64,000 nt of DNA from Pseudobutyrivibrio sp. (GTDB taxonomy: Bacteria > Bacillota > Clostridia > Lachnospirales > Lachnospiraceae), in NCBI GenBank assembly GCA_045617805.1, contig JAZLJM010000057.1:20998-84997 (forward strand), given 5' to 3'. The notes under the pieces were generated by a model. That model was not told the DNA's origin. It ran no database searches and saw only the letters and a program-made list of their open reading frames with translations. The first letter of the stretch is position 1. The number at the start of each line of letters is the position of its first letter. Made by a program: the position numbers and the translations under genes. This document shows positions 20,477-30,598 of the stretch, piece after piece.

Positions 20477-20550
20477 TGTAAAACCCCCTCATCATATATA
20501 AATATTGTACCCCATTTTCCCGTAAAATAGTGAGAGTTAGCCAAATTTTT

Positions 20551-20639
20551 AAAATTGTCCTTTTGGGGCGCACAAGTCTTTTGGTTGTGGGGAATTCCCC
20601 CACAACCTCTAGTGCTGTGCGCACCAAAAGGACATTTTT
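20551..20639. repeat. About 90-bp nested palindrome between tRNA-Pro and the NRPS
   Basis: AAAATTGTCCTTTTGGGGCGCACA ... TGTGCGCACCAAAAGGACATTTTT with inner GGTTGTGGGG-AATTC-CCCCACAACC. Confidence 0.8.
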
Positions 20640-20648
20640 AAAAATCAA

Positions 20649-20721
20649 TCGGAGTGACGCGAGTCGAACGCGCGGCCTCTACATCCCGAATGTAGCGCCC
20701 TACCAACTGGGCCACACCCCG
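20649..20721 (-). tRNA. tRNA-Pro (anticodon CGG), CCA not encoded
   Basis: Minus strand CGGGGTG...CACTCCG acceptor stem, CAGTTGGTAG D-loop, CTACA-TTCGGGA-TGTAG anticodon arm, GTTCGA T-loop. Confidence 0.95.
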
Positions 20722-20756
20722 ATAAATATTAGCTGACAGACAGTGTCAGCTAAATC

Positions 20757-20790
20757 AAATCACTAGCTGCCCAGAGCAGCTAGTGATTTT
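20757..20790 (-). terminator. Probable terminator after the ROK gene (a second hairpin lies at 20729-20753)
   Basis: AAATCACTAGCTGC-CCAGA-GCAGCTAGTGATTT; also TTAGCTGACA..TGTCAGCTAA. Confidence 0.6.
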
Positions 20791-20807
20791 TATAATAGCT
20801 TAGCAAA

Positions 20808-21752
20808 TTAAAATAACATCTTCATGCAACCATACATTCCAGCGTCGTTTCCAAGCTTTGCAATTACAATCTTTGTGCCGCGGCAGCCGTGGAATGCTAT
20901 CTTGTTGAATTTATCTTCAACCATATCTGTGAGGTACTCACCAGCCTTTGAAACTCCACCACCAATTACGAAGGCTTCTGGATTTACTACGGCTGAAATA
21001 ACCTGTAAGCCCTGAGCAAGGAAGTCCATTGCCTGGTTTGCAATCTCAATTGCTACTGCATCTCCAGCTTTTGCTGCATCAAAAACATCCTTTGCAATTA
21101 CATCCTCAAGTGCAATGTCACGAAGTGAAGATGCATCAGAATTCTTCAAAAGACGCTTTCTTGCAAGCTTTGCAATACCTGTAGCTGATGCGTACTGCTC
21201 GAGGCAGCCACAATTACCACAACCACAGCTATCTGTCTCATCATAATTCACACGAATATGACCGATTTCACCTGCTGCACCCTTAAAACCACATACGATT
21301 TCATCATCAATGATAACGCCACCGCCTACACCAGTTCCAAGAGTAACCATTACTGAGCTGGAAAAATCCTTTGCTGCGCCCATCCAAGCCTCGCCTAAAG
21401 CTGCAACATTGGCATCATTTCCTACCTTTACCTTCATACCGCCAAGATGCTCTGAAAGCTCACTTGCTACATTGAAAACACCCCAGCCGAGATTTACACA
21501 TTTATTTACAACACCATCTGCAGAAACAGGGCCAGGAACGCCAATTCCTACACCAACAACATCATCTGCTGCAATGCTCTTTTCTGCCATCTTTGCCTTA
21601 ACCTCAGCGGCAAGATTTTTCAAGATATTAGCGCCACCGTTTGAAGTATCTGTAGGCACCTCCCATTTTTCAACAAGCTCTCCTGTTGTCTTGAAAAGTC
21701 CACACTTACATGTAGTTCCTCCAAGGTCTAAACCAAAGCCATAATTTCCCAT
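20808..21752 (-). CDS. ROK-family glucokinase
   Basis: GLDLGGT, NDANVAALGE, TLGTGVGGG, GEIGH, CGCGNCGCLE. Confidence 0.9.
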   Translation of the reverse strand: MGNYGFGLDLGGTTCKCGLFKTTGELVEKWEVPTDTSNGGANILKNLAAEVKAKMAEKSIAADDVVGVGIGVPGPVSADGVVNKCVNLGWGVFNVASELSEHLGGMKVKVGNDANVAALGEAWMGAAKDFSSSVMVTLGTGVGGGVIIDDEIVCGFKGAAGEIGHIRVNYDETDSCGCGNCGCLEQYASATGIAKLARKRLLKNSDASSLRDIALEDVIAKDVFDAAKAGDAVAIEIANQAMDFLAQGLQVISAVVNPEAFVIGGGVSKAGEYLTDMVEDKFNKIAFHGCRGTKIVIAKLGNDAGMYGCMKMLF

Positions 21753-21778
21753 AAAAAACTTCCTCCGTAATACATATT

Positions 21779-24007
21779 CTAATTAACAGCTCCCTCTACC
21801 GGATTCTCTTCCGGCGGCACCACAGGATTTTCCTCTACTGGTGGCACCACTTCGGTAACTGTTGTAATTGTGACATTTTCAGCATTGTCAGGAATTACTC
21901 CCTCGGGAATCTCTGTACCTTCAAAAACCTGTGTAATTGTCTGAGTCATCTCCTGATGCTCTTCTTCTATTTCATCGGTATTCTCTTCAGGTAGCTCAAT
22001 ATCCTCCTGCACCTCTGTTCCGATAAAATTCACAGGCTTCTTAAACTCACGTGGCTCGAAGCCGTTGTGTAAAGCACTCATGTAAGTTTCCCAAATCGCT
22101 GCTGGATAGCTTGAACCAGTTAGACCTGGCACAGTCTTTGGCTTATCGTAACCAACCCAAATACTCGTAGTGAAATAATCTGTATATCCTACAAACCAGC
22201 CATCACGGTTATCATTCGTGGTTCCTGTCTTTCCAGCACATGGCATATCGCCTAAATCAATGCCCTTCGCCGTACCGTCAATTATAACTGATTCCAGCAT
22301 GCTTGTCATTGTTCTTGCGGCATTTTCTTTGTATATCTCTACTAAGTCATCCTCGTGTTCGTAGATGATATTACCTTTTGCATCCTCAATCTTTAGGATA
22401 CAATCTGAATCTCGCATAAAACCGTCATTATAGATAGTACAGTAGGCCCTCGCCATCTCAAGTGGGCTCACACCATTTGTAAGACCACCTAAACAAGCAG
22501 CCATACCATAATCATTTTCATCCAGCTTTGAGAATTCCATATCCTCTAAGTATTTCATACCAACTCGAGGCGTTAATTCCTCATATAGCTGCCAGGCTAC
22601 AGTGTTTTTCGAATATGCCACCGCCTGACGTAAAGATATATCTCCTGAGTAGGTACCTGATGAATTCGATGGTCCATCCTCTAACTCTACATCAGATACA
22701 ATTGTATCTGGCTCATAGCCTCGCTCTAAAGAAGGCGTATAGACAATCAAAGGCTTTATCGAGCTTCCGGGCTGTCTAAAGCTCTGAAATGCACGATTTA
22801 ACGTATATCCGGCATGCTCCTGACTTCGACCACCGACAATTGCCTCTACAAGACCGGTCTCATTATTTATACAAACACCCGCTGACTGAAGCTGATAGAT
22901 GCCTTCCTCTGATTTCTCGTCAAATTCCTGTAGATTCACATCTATCGACTCCTGAAGCATTGCCTGCTTTGCCATATCAAGTGATGTATAAATCCTATAA
23001 CCACCAATAAAAAGATCGCGATTCCACTTTTCATACGACTCGTTATAAGCCTTTTGGTAATCCTTTTTCTCTGAATCCGTCAAAAAAGTCGTCTTGAACT
23101 CAAATCCATCTAGTGCCATGAGCTGTCTGGTCGCACAATAATTTGCAAATGTCTCAACATAATCATTTTTCTGAGCTTCAGGTCTTGAAAGCTGAATCTG
23201 CTCAGTTCTGGCCTCATCATATACTCTCTGACTGATGATATTATCTTCAAGCATATTTTTAAGTATCAAATCTCGTCGCTCAATTGTCTTATCCGGATGT
23301 AAAACCGGGTCAAAACGCGTCGGTGAATTCGGAATTGCCATCAGATAGCATATCTGAGATAAGGAAAGCTGCTTAGCGTCCTTGTTAAAATATCCCTTTG
23401 CCGCAGCCTCAATACCATAATAACCATTTGCAAAATATACATTATTCAGGTAAAACTCAAGGATTTGCTCTTTTGTATATTTCTCCTCCAAATTGACTGA
23501 AATATAGATTTCCTCAACCTTTCTTTCCCAGGTCTTTTCTGTGGAAAGGAACATATTTCGCGCCAACTGCTGAGTTATTGTACTGGCACCCTGTGTAACC
23601 TCGCGCTTTTGAATCATCGCATAAACAGCACGCGCAATAGCTTTATAGTCTACACCGCTATGCTTATAGAATTTCTTGTCCTCAATGGAAATAAGTGCTT
23701 GAGTAGCGTAAGATGGTATCTCATCATAAGGCAAATAGAAAACATCCTTCTCGCCCTTCATTACCTTGATAACTGAGCCATTTACATCATAAAGCACACT
23801 TGATTCAGTCTGTCTAAAGGTCTCTTCACTTGAAGCAGCAACGAATTGTTGTGCCTCATCCTTCATCTGCGAAACCTTTGATGCATAACCGCCCACATAA
23901 TAATATGCAATTGCCCCAATAATAAGAACCAGTAATACCAATTGAACCTTGAATACAGTCCAGATTTTTTCAATTCCTGTTTTCTTTTTCCGCTTTTTTT
24001 TACTCAT
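21779..24007 (-). CDS. Class A penicillin-binding protein (PBP1A family)
   Basis: EDKKFYKH, GASTITQQL, RKVEE transglycosylase motifs; SSIK, SKN and KTG transpeptidase motifs. Confidence 0.92.
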   Translation of the reverse strand: MSKKKRKKKTGIEKIWTVFKVQLVLLVLIIGAIAYYYVGGYASKVSQMKDEAQQFVAASSEETFRQTESSVLYDVNGSVIKVMKGEKDVFYLPYDEIPSYATQALISIEDKKFYKHSGVDYKAIARAVYAMIQKREVTQGASTITQQLARNMFLSTEKTWERKVEEIYISVNLEEKYTKEQILEFYLNNVYFANGYYGIEAAAKGYFNKDAKQLSLSQICYLMAIPNSPTRFDPVLHPDKTIERRDLILKNMLEDNIISQRVYDEARTEQIQLSRPEAQKNDYVETFANYCATRQLMALDGFEFKTTFLTDSEKKDYQKAYNESYEKWNRDLFIGGYRIYTSLDMAKQAMLQESIDVNLQEFDEKSEEGIYQLQSAGVCINNETGLVEAIVGGRSQEHAGYTLNRAFQSFRQPGSSIKPLIVYTPSLERGYEPDTIVSDVELEDGPSNSSGTYSGDISLRQAVAYSKNTVAWQLYEELTPRVGMKYLEDMEFSKLDENDYGMAACLGGLTNGVSPLEMARAYCTIYNDGFMRDSDCILKIEDAKGNIIYEHEDDLVEIYKENAARTMTSMLESVIIDGTAKGIDLGDMPCAGKTGTTNDNRDGWFVGYTDYFTTSIWVGYDKPKTVPGLTGSSYPAAIWETYMSALHNGFEPREFKKPVNFIGTEVQEDIELPEENTDEIEEEHQEMTQTITQVFEGTEIPEGVIPDNAENVTITTVTEVVPPVEENPVVPPEENPVEGAVN

Positions 24008-24082
24008 AATCCCCTGACCATTTTTTCATATAACTAATTCTACCATAATTAGCAGTTTGTAAAAAAAGCTTTATTTCTAATT

Positions 24083-25600
24083 TCACTTCTTCCTATAACT
24101 TTTCATCATCTGATTTTTTTCAAAAGGAATATTCCTCATTCGTATTTCAGTAATATTTTTATATTTTGGAAGACTTCTATTAACTGTTACAATATCCTTT
24201 TCCAAAAGACTTTTTGCATCAGGATATCTTTCAATATCTAAATAGAACTCACCCACTATTTTATCATTTTCTTCATATACACAAACCTCTTGAACATAAT
24301 TTAATGATAGAAATTTACTTTCTATTTCCTCCGGAGACACATTTTTTCCATTTGACAAAATTATTAAATTCTTTTTTCTACCCGTAATATAAATATACCC
24401 CTCATCATCAATATAACCCATATCTCCCGTGTATAAAATCCCATCCTTAAGAACCTTATTAGTTGCAGCGGCATCCTTATAATACCCCATCATTACATTT
24501 TCGCCACTAACCGCAAGCTCACCAATGCCATTTTTATCAGGTGCATTTACAAAAACCTCACAGCAACTTATTGCCCGCCCTACACTTCCAATGTGAACTC
24601 CTGCTTTAACAGTATCCATTGATATAATAGGCGAACATTCTGTTATTCCATATCCATATACTATTTCTATTTCTTTCCGACAAAGTTTTTCTTGAATATC
24701 TATTGGTAAGCTTGCTCCTCCACATAGGATTATTAATCTTTTACCAAACAGATTATTTATTTTCTCATTTGTCATCTCTTCTATCTTGTCATATATCATT
24801 CTAATAATAGCAGGAACCAGAATAACACAATCTGGTTGTAACCTTATTAAATCCTTAATTATATTCCTTGGTGTTGAAAAATTCACAATTCCTCTAAATA
24901 CTAATGAAATACCCATAACACTCGTTAATGTAAAAACATGATATAATGGCAATGGTACCAAACAAACCGAGTTACTCTCTATATAATATCTAGAACATCC
25001 GGCATACATATTTTCAATAATATTTTTTTGACTCAGCATAACAGCCTTCTGATCACCTGAAGTCCCCGATGTAAATACTATCTGAGCCGGTAAATCAACG
25101 TTACTAAAGCATTCTAGCTCACCTTGAAAATCTTTATCCCCACTAATTACTTCATTTACAATGCTACCAATACATTTTAAAGAAATAACCTTAATTCCAT
25201 TCTTTTCAAATTTCTCCTCATAATCTATGTATGTATCTGAAATAAATATTGCCTTACAATCAGTATAAATTAGGCGAGCTAATATTTCGTCTGGCGGCAA
25301 CTCCTTTTCAATTAATACAGCTACACAATCACTACAAATAATTCCCAGGTATGCTATGAACCATTCGGAATAATTTTCCCCTAAAATTGCAATATGTGAT
25401 TCTCGAAAATTTTGCAACAAAAAATCCTGAATCCTTTTTATTGAAAAATACAAATCTGTAAATGAAACCTTTTTTTTCTCATTCTCACCCAAATAAAGAG
25501 CAGGCAAATCGCCATGCTCTTCATGATTCTTTTTTATTAAACCTGAAATTGTTTTATTAGATGATAATTTATTATTCACTATTTCTCTTTCTTTTCTCAT
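24083..25600 (-). CDS. AMP-binding enzyme (long-chain acyl-CoA/acyl-ACP ligase-like)
   Basis: FTSGTSGDQK, YGYGITE, TGDMG, GRKKNLIILSNGKNVSPEEIE. Confidence 0.85.
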   Translation of the reverse strand: MRKEREIVNNKLSSNKTISGLIKKNHEEHGDLPALYLGENEKKKVSFTDLYFSIKRIQDFLLQNFRESHIAILGENYSEWFIAYLGIICSDCVAVLIEKELPPDEILARLIYTDCKAIFISDTYIDYEEKFEKNGIKVISLKCIGSIVNEVISGDKDFQGELECFSNVDLPAQIVFTSGTSGDQKAVMLSQKNIIENMYAGCSRYYIESNSVCLVPLPLYHVFTLTSVMGISLVFRGIVNFSTPRNIIKDLIRLQPDCVILVPAIIRMIYDKIEEMTNEKINNLFGKRLIILCGGASLPIDIQEKLCRKEIEIVYGYGITECSPIISMDTVKAGVHIGSVGRAISCCEVFVNAPDKNGIGELAVSGENVMMGYYKDAAATNKVLKDGILYTGDMGYIDDEGYIYITGRKKNLIILSNGKNVSPEEIESKFLSLNYVQEVCVYEENDKIVGEFYLDIERYPDAKSLLEKDIVTVNRSLPKYKNITEIRMRNIPFEKNQMMKSYRKK

Positions 25601-26712
25601 ACATTATTTTTCAGCAAAATTCCTTTTTTATATTTTACCTTAATAGCCAACACTTTTTTATGCAAAAATAACCATCCATATGACATACAAAATGCAAACA
25701 GGAATGAAATCATAAATTGTAAAAATAAACTTGGTGTAACTTCCACTGGTTCTAAAATGCATCTGCCGTTTTGTATACCAGTAATTTGAAAAAATGACAT
25801 TGCAAAAAATATGTGTACAAAATTAATATCTGCTGCACCTCTACCCATAGTTGTTAAGAAAACAGATACTTTTTCACATTTTGCTAAAACCCTTGCCCCA
25901 TAAAGACATGGAATAATACATAATCCGCCAACAAGCATTCCCAAAAACCAACTATAAAATGAAGAATCATTCATTAAAAATCTTCCTGATGCTACATGAT
26001 TTATTTCTAATTGAGAAGAAATACAAATACACGCCAACAATAAACTCAAAGAAATTACTATCCGCTGCCATTTTAATAACTGCAAAAACTTCAAATATAT
26101 TTTTTCATATTTTAAAATATACCCCCAAAAAATGAACATTGAAAATGATGGTATCATTTGTAATTGAAATGGCAAATTAGGAAGAAAAATATAACACATT
26201 GCTGAAAATGTCAGTAAAATGCTAACAGTTGCTATTTTCCAAGCCTTTCCTTTCATATATAATTTAATAACCAAAATCGTAAGAATATTTGCAAGAATAT
26301 AATCTCGCATCAACCAATACACCGAAAATACCTGTTTAAATCTATAACCTGGATATTCCATTCCTGGTATTTTTTGTACTAATGATTCTGTAAATATTTC
26401 GCACAAAGTCGAATATATACAACCAATAATGTCCATTTTTCCTGTTATTATCATAATAATACTATATAAAAACGCCAAAATTAAATAATATTTAGTCAAA
26501 TAAATAAATGGCACAAAAACATTATCATGATAATTCTTACTCAAAGATACTTTTCCACCTGCAAACTCATAGCCTGGCACAATGAAAAATATTAACACCA
26601 AAAAACCCACGCACCTTATCCAAGGTCGTGGTGTGTATATATTAATAAATAATATGTGTAGCACCATAACAGCTATTATACTGACACCTTTTGATACATT
26701 AATCTCTCTCAT
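25597..26712 (-). CDS. Membrane acyltransferase family 3 protein
   Basis: N-terminal KGVSIIAVMVLH motif, many TM segments, late ..H.F motif; ATGA overlap with the ligase. Confidence 0.6.
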   Translation of the reverse strand: MREINVSKGVSIIAVMVLHILFINIYTPRPWIRCVGFLVLIFFIVPGYEFAGGKVSLSKNYHDNVFVPFIYLTKYYLILAFLYSIIMIITGKMDIIGCIYSTLCEIFTESLVQKIPGMEYPGYRFKQVFSVYWLMRDYILANILTILVIKLYMKGKAWKIATVSILLTFSAMCYIFLPNLPFQLQMIPSFSMFIFWGYILKYEKIYLKFLQLLKWQRIVISLSLLLACICISSQLEINHVASGRFLMNDSSFYSWFLGMLVGGLCIIPCLYGARVLAKCEKVSVFLTTMGRGAADINFVHIFFAMSFFQITGIQNGRCILEPVEVTPSLFLQFMISFLFAFCMSYGWLFLHKKVLAIKVKYKKGILLKNNV

Positions 26713-26947
26713 TTGATTTCTTTCCTTCTACACATTTAATTAAATCATTTATTGAATATATATTATTAAGGTCTCGCTCGGAAAATTTTATCTCGAATAT
26801 GTCCTCTATCTCAACTATATATTCTAAAAACTGAAGCGAAGTAATTCCATATTCGGACATCATAATATCTATATCGAGTTCCTCGACAGATATTTTTGTT
26901 TTTTTACTAAAATATTCTTTAATTTTTTTCTCACAATCCTGTTTCAT
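26699..26947 (-). CDS. Acyl carrier protein
   Basis: 82 aa, acidic; YGITSLQFLEYIVEIEDIFEI contains the phosphopantetheine Ser motif. Confidence 0.8.
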   Translation of the reverse strand: MKQDCEKKIKEYFSKKTKISVEELDIDIMMSEYGITSLQFLEYIVEIEDIFEIKFSERDLNNIYSINDLIKCVEGKKSNERD

Positions 26948-26949
26948 TT

Positions 26950-29355
26950 TTACTCCTCATTAATATCTGCTAATTTAAAACTATTGATTCTTCTTTGAAC
27001 TATCAAACTCAGGCATATCATAATTAATAATACTAAACCTGATGCGATAATATATAGCCATATATTTACTCCATGGAAAAAATTAACAACATCATTTTCA
27101 AAAGCTGCAACACTTTTTAAACCCACTACAGTACCCAATAATAACCCCAAAATGACACCTACTACTGTAATAAAAGCCGTATCACAGAATATATATAGTT
27201 TTACTTTTGCTGGTGAATAAGCAATTATCATCATTGTAATTAACTCACGCTTTTTCTCTTTTACAAACATATATAATACACTAAGAGAGACCATAAATGA
27301 TAATACAACCGCAAGCAAAAAATATATTATTACAAGCACATTTATTATATTCTCAAAAGTTCCATAACTATTATGTGTCTGCTTATAATAATCTATAAAC
27401 ATCCGATATCCTGGTATTTTTATCAACTCGTCCAGTAACTTCGCTTGACTTTTCCCCGACAAATCAAGCATTATGGCATTATTAACCACTTTACCACCCA
27501 TATATTCCTCGTACATTTCTTTATCCATAAATAGCTGACAATAGGTTAAATAATACTTAAAAAAACCATTTATTGGAACATCAAAATCCTTATTTTCTCC
27601 AATAAAACACAGTTTTTCAGTCTGCTCCTCGCCATAATATTTTTGATAAGCAGAACTAACCCATAAGCCTTGATATGTTTTTTTATCTGTACTTTTCCTG
27701 TCGGGTACAATATTAACTAAATTACTAATAGAATCTACATCATCGTATACAATAATATGTGTATTACACTTCTGATTATCTGGTTCTTTTATATACTTAC
27801 GAGTATACATTACATTTGCATATGAAATATCCATTTTATCCAACAAAGAAGAAATTTCCTCATATGCCATATCGCTACCATCATAATATATATATGAGTC
27901 AAATTTAAAAAAATCTGAATATTGCATTTTAAAACTTTGCTTTACATCATAATACATTATCAAAGAAACCATAATCAAAATTGTACTTCCGACAATTCCT
28001 ATTAGCGTTTCAAAAACTCTCTTTTTTTCATTAAGAAAATTGTTAATGACAGTTTTACTAAAATGTGACATTTTCTTCCACAATGCTGAATTTTCAAAAA
28101 AACGCTTCCTTGCTTTTATTCTTCTGTCACCCTTTAACAAATCTACTATCTTTATTTTTAATGTACTATTTACTCCCAATAATGTGACAATAATTCCTAA
28201 TACTATTTCAATTATACATATAAAAATTAACGGTCCAACGCCCATTTTTAACTCAAATGGCATAGCATAATTTTTACTAGATACATCTAATAGCTTTGTT
28301 GCTAATAATCGACCAAGAAAAGTTCCAAAAATACACCCTAAACTAATTGCCAAACCTGTATATATACAATACTGTATCCTAATTTCTCTAACGCTTATTC
28401 CCATGGCTAGCTTTGTGCCAATCAAATAAGTCTGTTCGTATACCATTCTAATTATCGAACCATAACATATTAGTAATCCAATAATTAAAAACACATATAC
28501 TAATATTCCTTTTACACTATTAAGCGAAAGTGTGAGATTTGCCGGAACAACAACAGTTGGAAGATATGTCCTATCTGTTATTACAAAATCTGAAAAATTT
28601 GTCTTTTTCAAATAAGCAACAATATTATTTTTAATACTTTCTATTTGAAGTTTATATTCCTCAGAAAATGCTGAATACTCTCTCAATTTATCACATCTGA
28701 TTAATACTTGATTTCCGTTTTGATAAATTGAAGGATTAAAAGCTTCTTTGCACACATAAAGGATACATCCAACCGGTAATTGATTTTGCTCAGAAACTCC
28801 ATAACCAGGAACATTTAGTTCGTTATATTCAATTGTATCCATAAAAGCTGATACAATAAGCTCGTTTTCTGCCAATGTAGCAAAACCAGAATCCTCCGGA
28901 ACAATTCTAAGCTTATCGCCTATCTTAACACCATTGTCGCTAGCCCACTTTTTACATACTGCCACATCCTTACTTGTTTTTGGAAGCCGTCCTTCAACAT
29001 TTTGTGGCATATTTATAGCATCGTTTATTTCAATAATTCTCGCTTGAACAGACTTATTTTCATTGAAAACAAATGTGCTGTACCCAAATCTATTACCTAA
29101 TATCTCATCTACGGCATATATTTTTGAAATCTCTTGTAAATCTTCTTCGGACAAACTCCGATTATACAACATTCTAATATCGTACAATCTTGCAACTTCC
29201 ATGGTATCATCAACACTTTTTATTATACTATCTGTTGTCCACTCCATACTCGTATAAAGTGCGACACACAGCATTGTAAAAAAAATAATTGAAACAAAAA
29301 TTACAAATGATTTTTTTATCGTCCTTACTAAATCTTTGAATAATGTCTTTCTCAT
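26950..29355 (-). CDS. FtsX/MacB-like ABC permease (two FtsX repeats)
   Basis: IGTKLAMG and RELITMMIIAYS FtsX-type motifs, two TM clusters; start moved to MRKTLF. Confidence 0.8.
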   Translation of the reverse strand: MRKTLFKDLVRTIKKSFVIFVSIIFFTMLCVALYTSMEWTTDSIIKSVDDTMEVARLYDIRMLYNRSLSEEDLQEISKIYAVDEILGNRFGYSTFVFNENKSVQARIIEINDAINMPQNVEGRLPKTSKDVAVCKKWASDNGVKIGDKLRIVPEDSGFATLAENELIVSAFMDTIEYNELNVPGYGVSEQNQLPVGCILYVCKEAFNPSIYQNGNQVLIRCDKLREYSAFSEEYKLQIESIKNNIVAYLKKTNFSDFVITDRTYLPTVVVPANLTLSLNSVKGILVYVFLIIGLLICYGSIIRMVYEQTYLIGTKLAMGISVREIRIQYCIYTGLAISLGCIFGTFLGRLLATKLLDVSSKNYAMPFELKMGVGPLIFICIIEIVLGIIVTLLGVNSTLKIKIVDLLKGDRRIKARKRFFENSALWKKMSHFSKTVINNFLNEKKRVFETLIGIVGSTILIMVSLIMYYDVKQSFKMQYSDFFKFDSYIYYDGSDMAYEEISSLLDKMDISYANVMYTRKYIKEPDNQKCNTHIIVYDDVDSISNLVNIVPDRKSTDKKTYQGLWVSSAYQKYYGEEQTEKLCFIGENKDFDVPINGFFKYYLTYCQLFMDKEMYEEYMGGKVVNNAIMLDLSGKSQAKLLDELIKIPGYRMFIDYYKQTHNSYGTFENIINVLVIIYFLLAVVLSFMVSLSVLYMFVKEKKRELITMMIIAYSPAKVKLYIFCDTAFITVVGVILGLLLGTVVGLKSVAAFENDVVNFFHGVNIWLYIIASGLVLLIMICLSLIVQRRINSFKLADINEE

Positions 29356-29359
29356 ATAT

Positions 29360-30565
29360 TTACCACAAAAGTTCATTTGCATGCTTTGGTCTTCTATTTA
29401 TTGTAATCTTGTATGGAAGTCCATCTCTAAGTTTTATCACTCGATCAGCCATTTTTGCTATTTCTTCATTGTGCGTAACCATAATCATTGTTGTACCTTT
29501 TTTTACTAATTCTTCCATTACTGTAAGTACTTCAACACTTGTCTTATAATCAAGTGATGCCGTGGGTTCATCTGCAATAATAATATTGGGATTTTTTGCC
29601 AATGCTCTAGCAATTGAAACTCGCTGCTGTTGCCCACCAGACAATTGTGATGGATATTTTTCTGCCTTATTTTCTAGACCTACCATCTTTAATGCTGTCA
29701 TACTATCAATGGGATTTTTAACACTTTCTGAAATTAATTCAATGTTTTCCTTTGCATTCAAATTTGGCATTAAATTGTAATTTTGAAAAATGAAACCAAT
29801 ATTATCTCTTCTATATTTTGTTAACTGTCTCCTACTTGCGCTAGTAACACAAAACTCCTTATATAGCACTTTGCCTGAGGTGGTTTCATCTATACCTGCA
29901 ATAATATTCAATAACGTAGATTTTCCACATCCGGATTCCCCTAATATTACTAAAAATTCTCCTAGATATACATCAAGATTGATACCCTTTAGCACACTAA
30001 TTATTCCGTCTTCACCACTCTTGTATTTCTTCACAAGATTTCTGACACAAATAATTATATCATTCATTTTCCACGGTATTTCAATATGCTCATTATCTGT
30101 AATACAAATTCCAATCATATTTACCATAATATCTAAAATATCCATGATGTCATTGGTCATACTAGTATTACCCTTTTTATTTATAAACTGAACACAACCG
30201 TATTTGCCATAATTATCAGTTAATAACACTATTATCTCTGATTCAATTTCAATAGAAAACAGACGTTCTGAGTATTTTTTCATCGCATCGCTATTTACAC
30301 GCTTTGTCTCCTCCTGCTCATACACCTTACCAACAAGTTCTTCACCTATACCATAGCTTTTATAAGTGATATCTACAGGACTCACTGCTGTATATGGTCT
30401 TAATCGCTTTGTTTCATTATCAAACAACCATACAACAGCATAATCGATGTTACACTCTTCCTGCATAATCTCAAGTCCAACATTAAAAGCTTCCTCTAGT
30501 GTTTTTGACTTTGAAATTGCAATCTGAATTTTTCCAATTAATTTGTATTGTGATACTGTATTCAT
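29360..30565 (-). CDS. GAF-like domain fused to a LolD/MacB-type ABC ATPase
   Basis: N-terminal ~160 aa GAF-like (AVVWLFD, GEELVGKV, YGCVQFINK); GESGCGKST, LSGGQQQR, ADEPT, VTH. Confidence 0.8.
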   Translation of the reverse strand: MNTVSQYKLIGKIQIAISKSKTLEEAFNVGLEIMQEECNIDYAVVWLFDNETKRLRPYTAVSPVDITYKSYGIGEELVGKVYEQEETKRVNSDAMKKYSERLFSIEIESEIIVLLTDNYGKYGCVQFINKKGNTSMTNDIMDILDIMVNMIGICITDNEHIEIPWKMNDIIICVRNLVKKYKSGEDGIISVLKGINLDVYLGEFLVILGESGCGKSTLLNIIAGIDETTSGKVLYKEFCVTSASRRQLTKYRRDNIGFIFQNYNLMPNLNAKENIELISESVKNPIDSMTALKMVGLENKAEKYPSQLSGGQQQRVSIARALAKNPNIIIADEPTASLDYKTSVEVLTVMEELVKKGTTMIMVTHNEEIAKMADRVIKLRDGLPYKITINRRPKHANELLW

Positions 30566-30598
30566 TTACTACTCTTCCCGTTTATATCACCAATAGTT

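Noticed and set aside
20460-20736. ORFs of 62 and 68 aa near the NRPS start
   Set aside because: They overlap the palindrome and tRNA-Pro and are best explained as chance open frames.
21779-21900. VPP.EENPV duplication in the PBP1A tail
   Set aside because: Low-complexity acidic/Pro tails are ordinary for class A PBPs.
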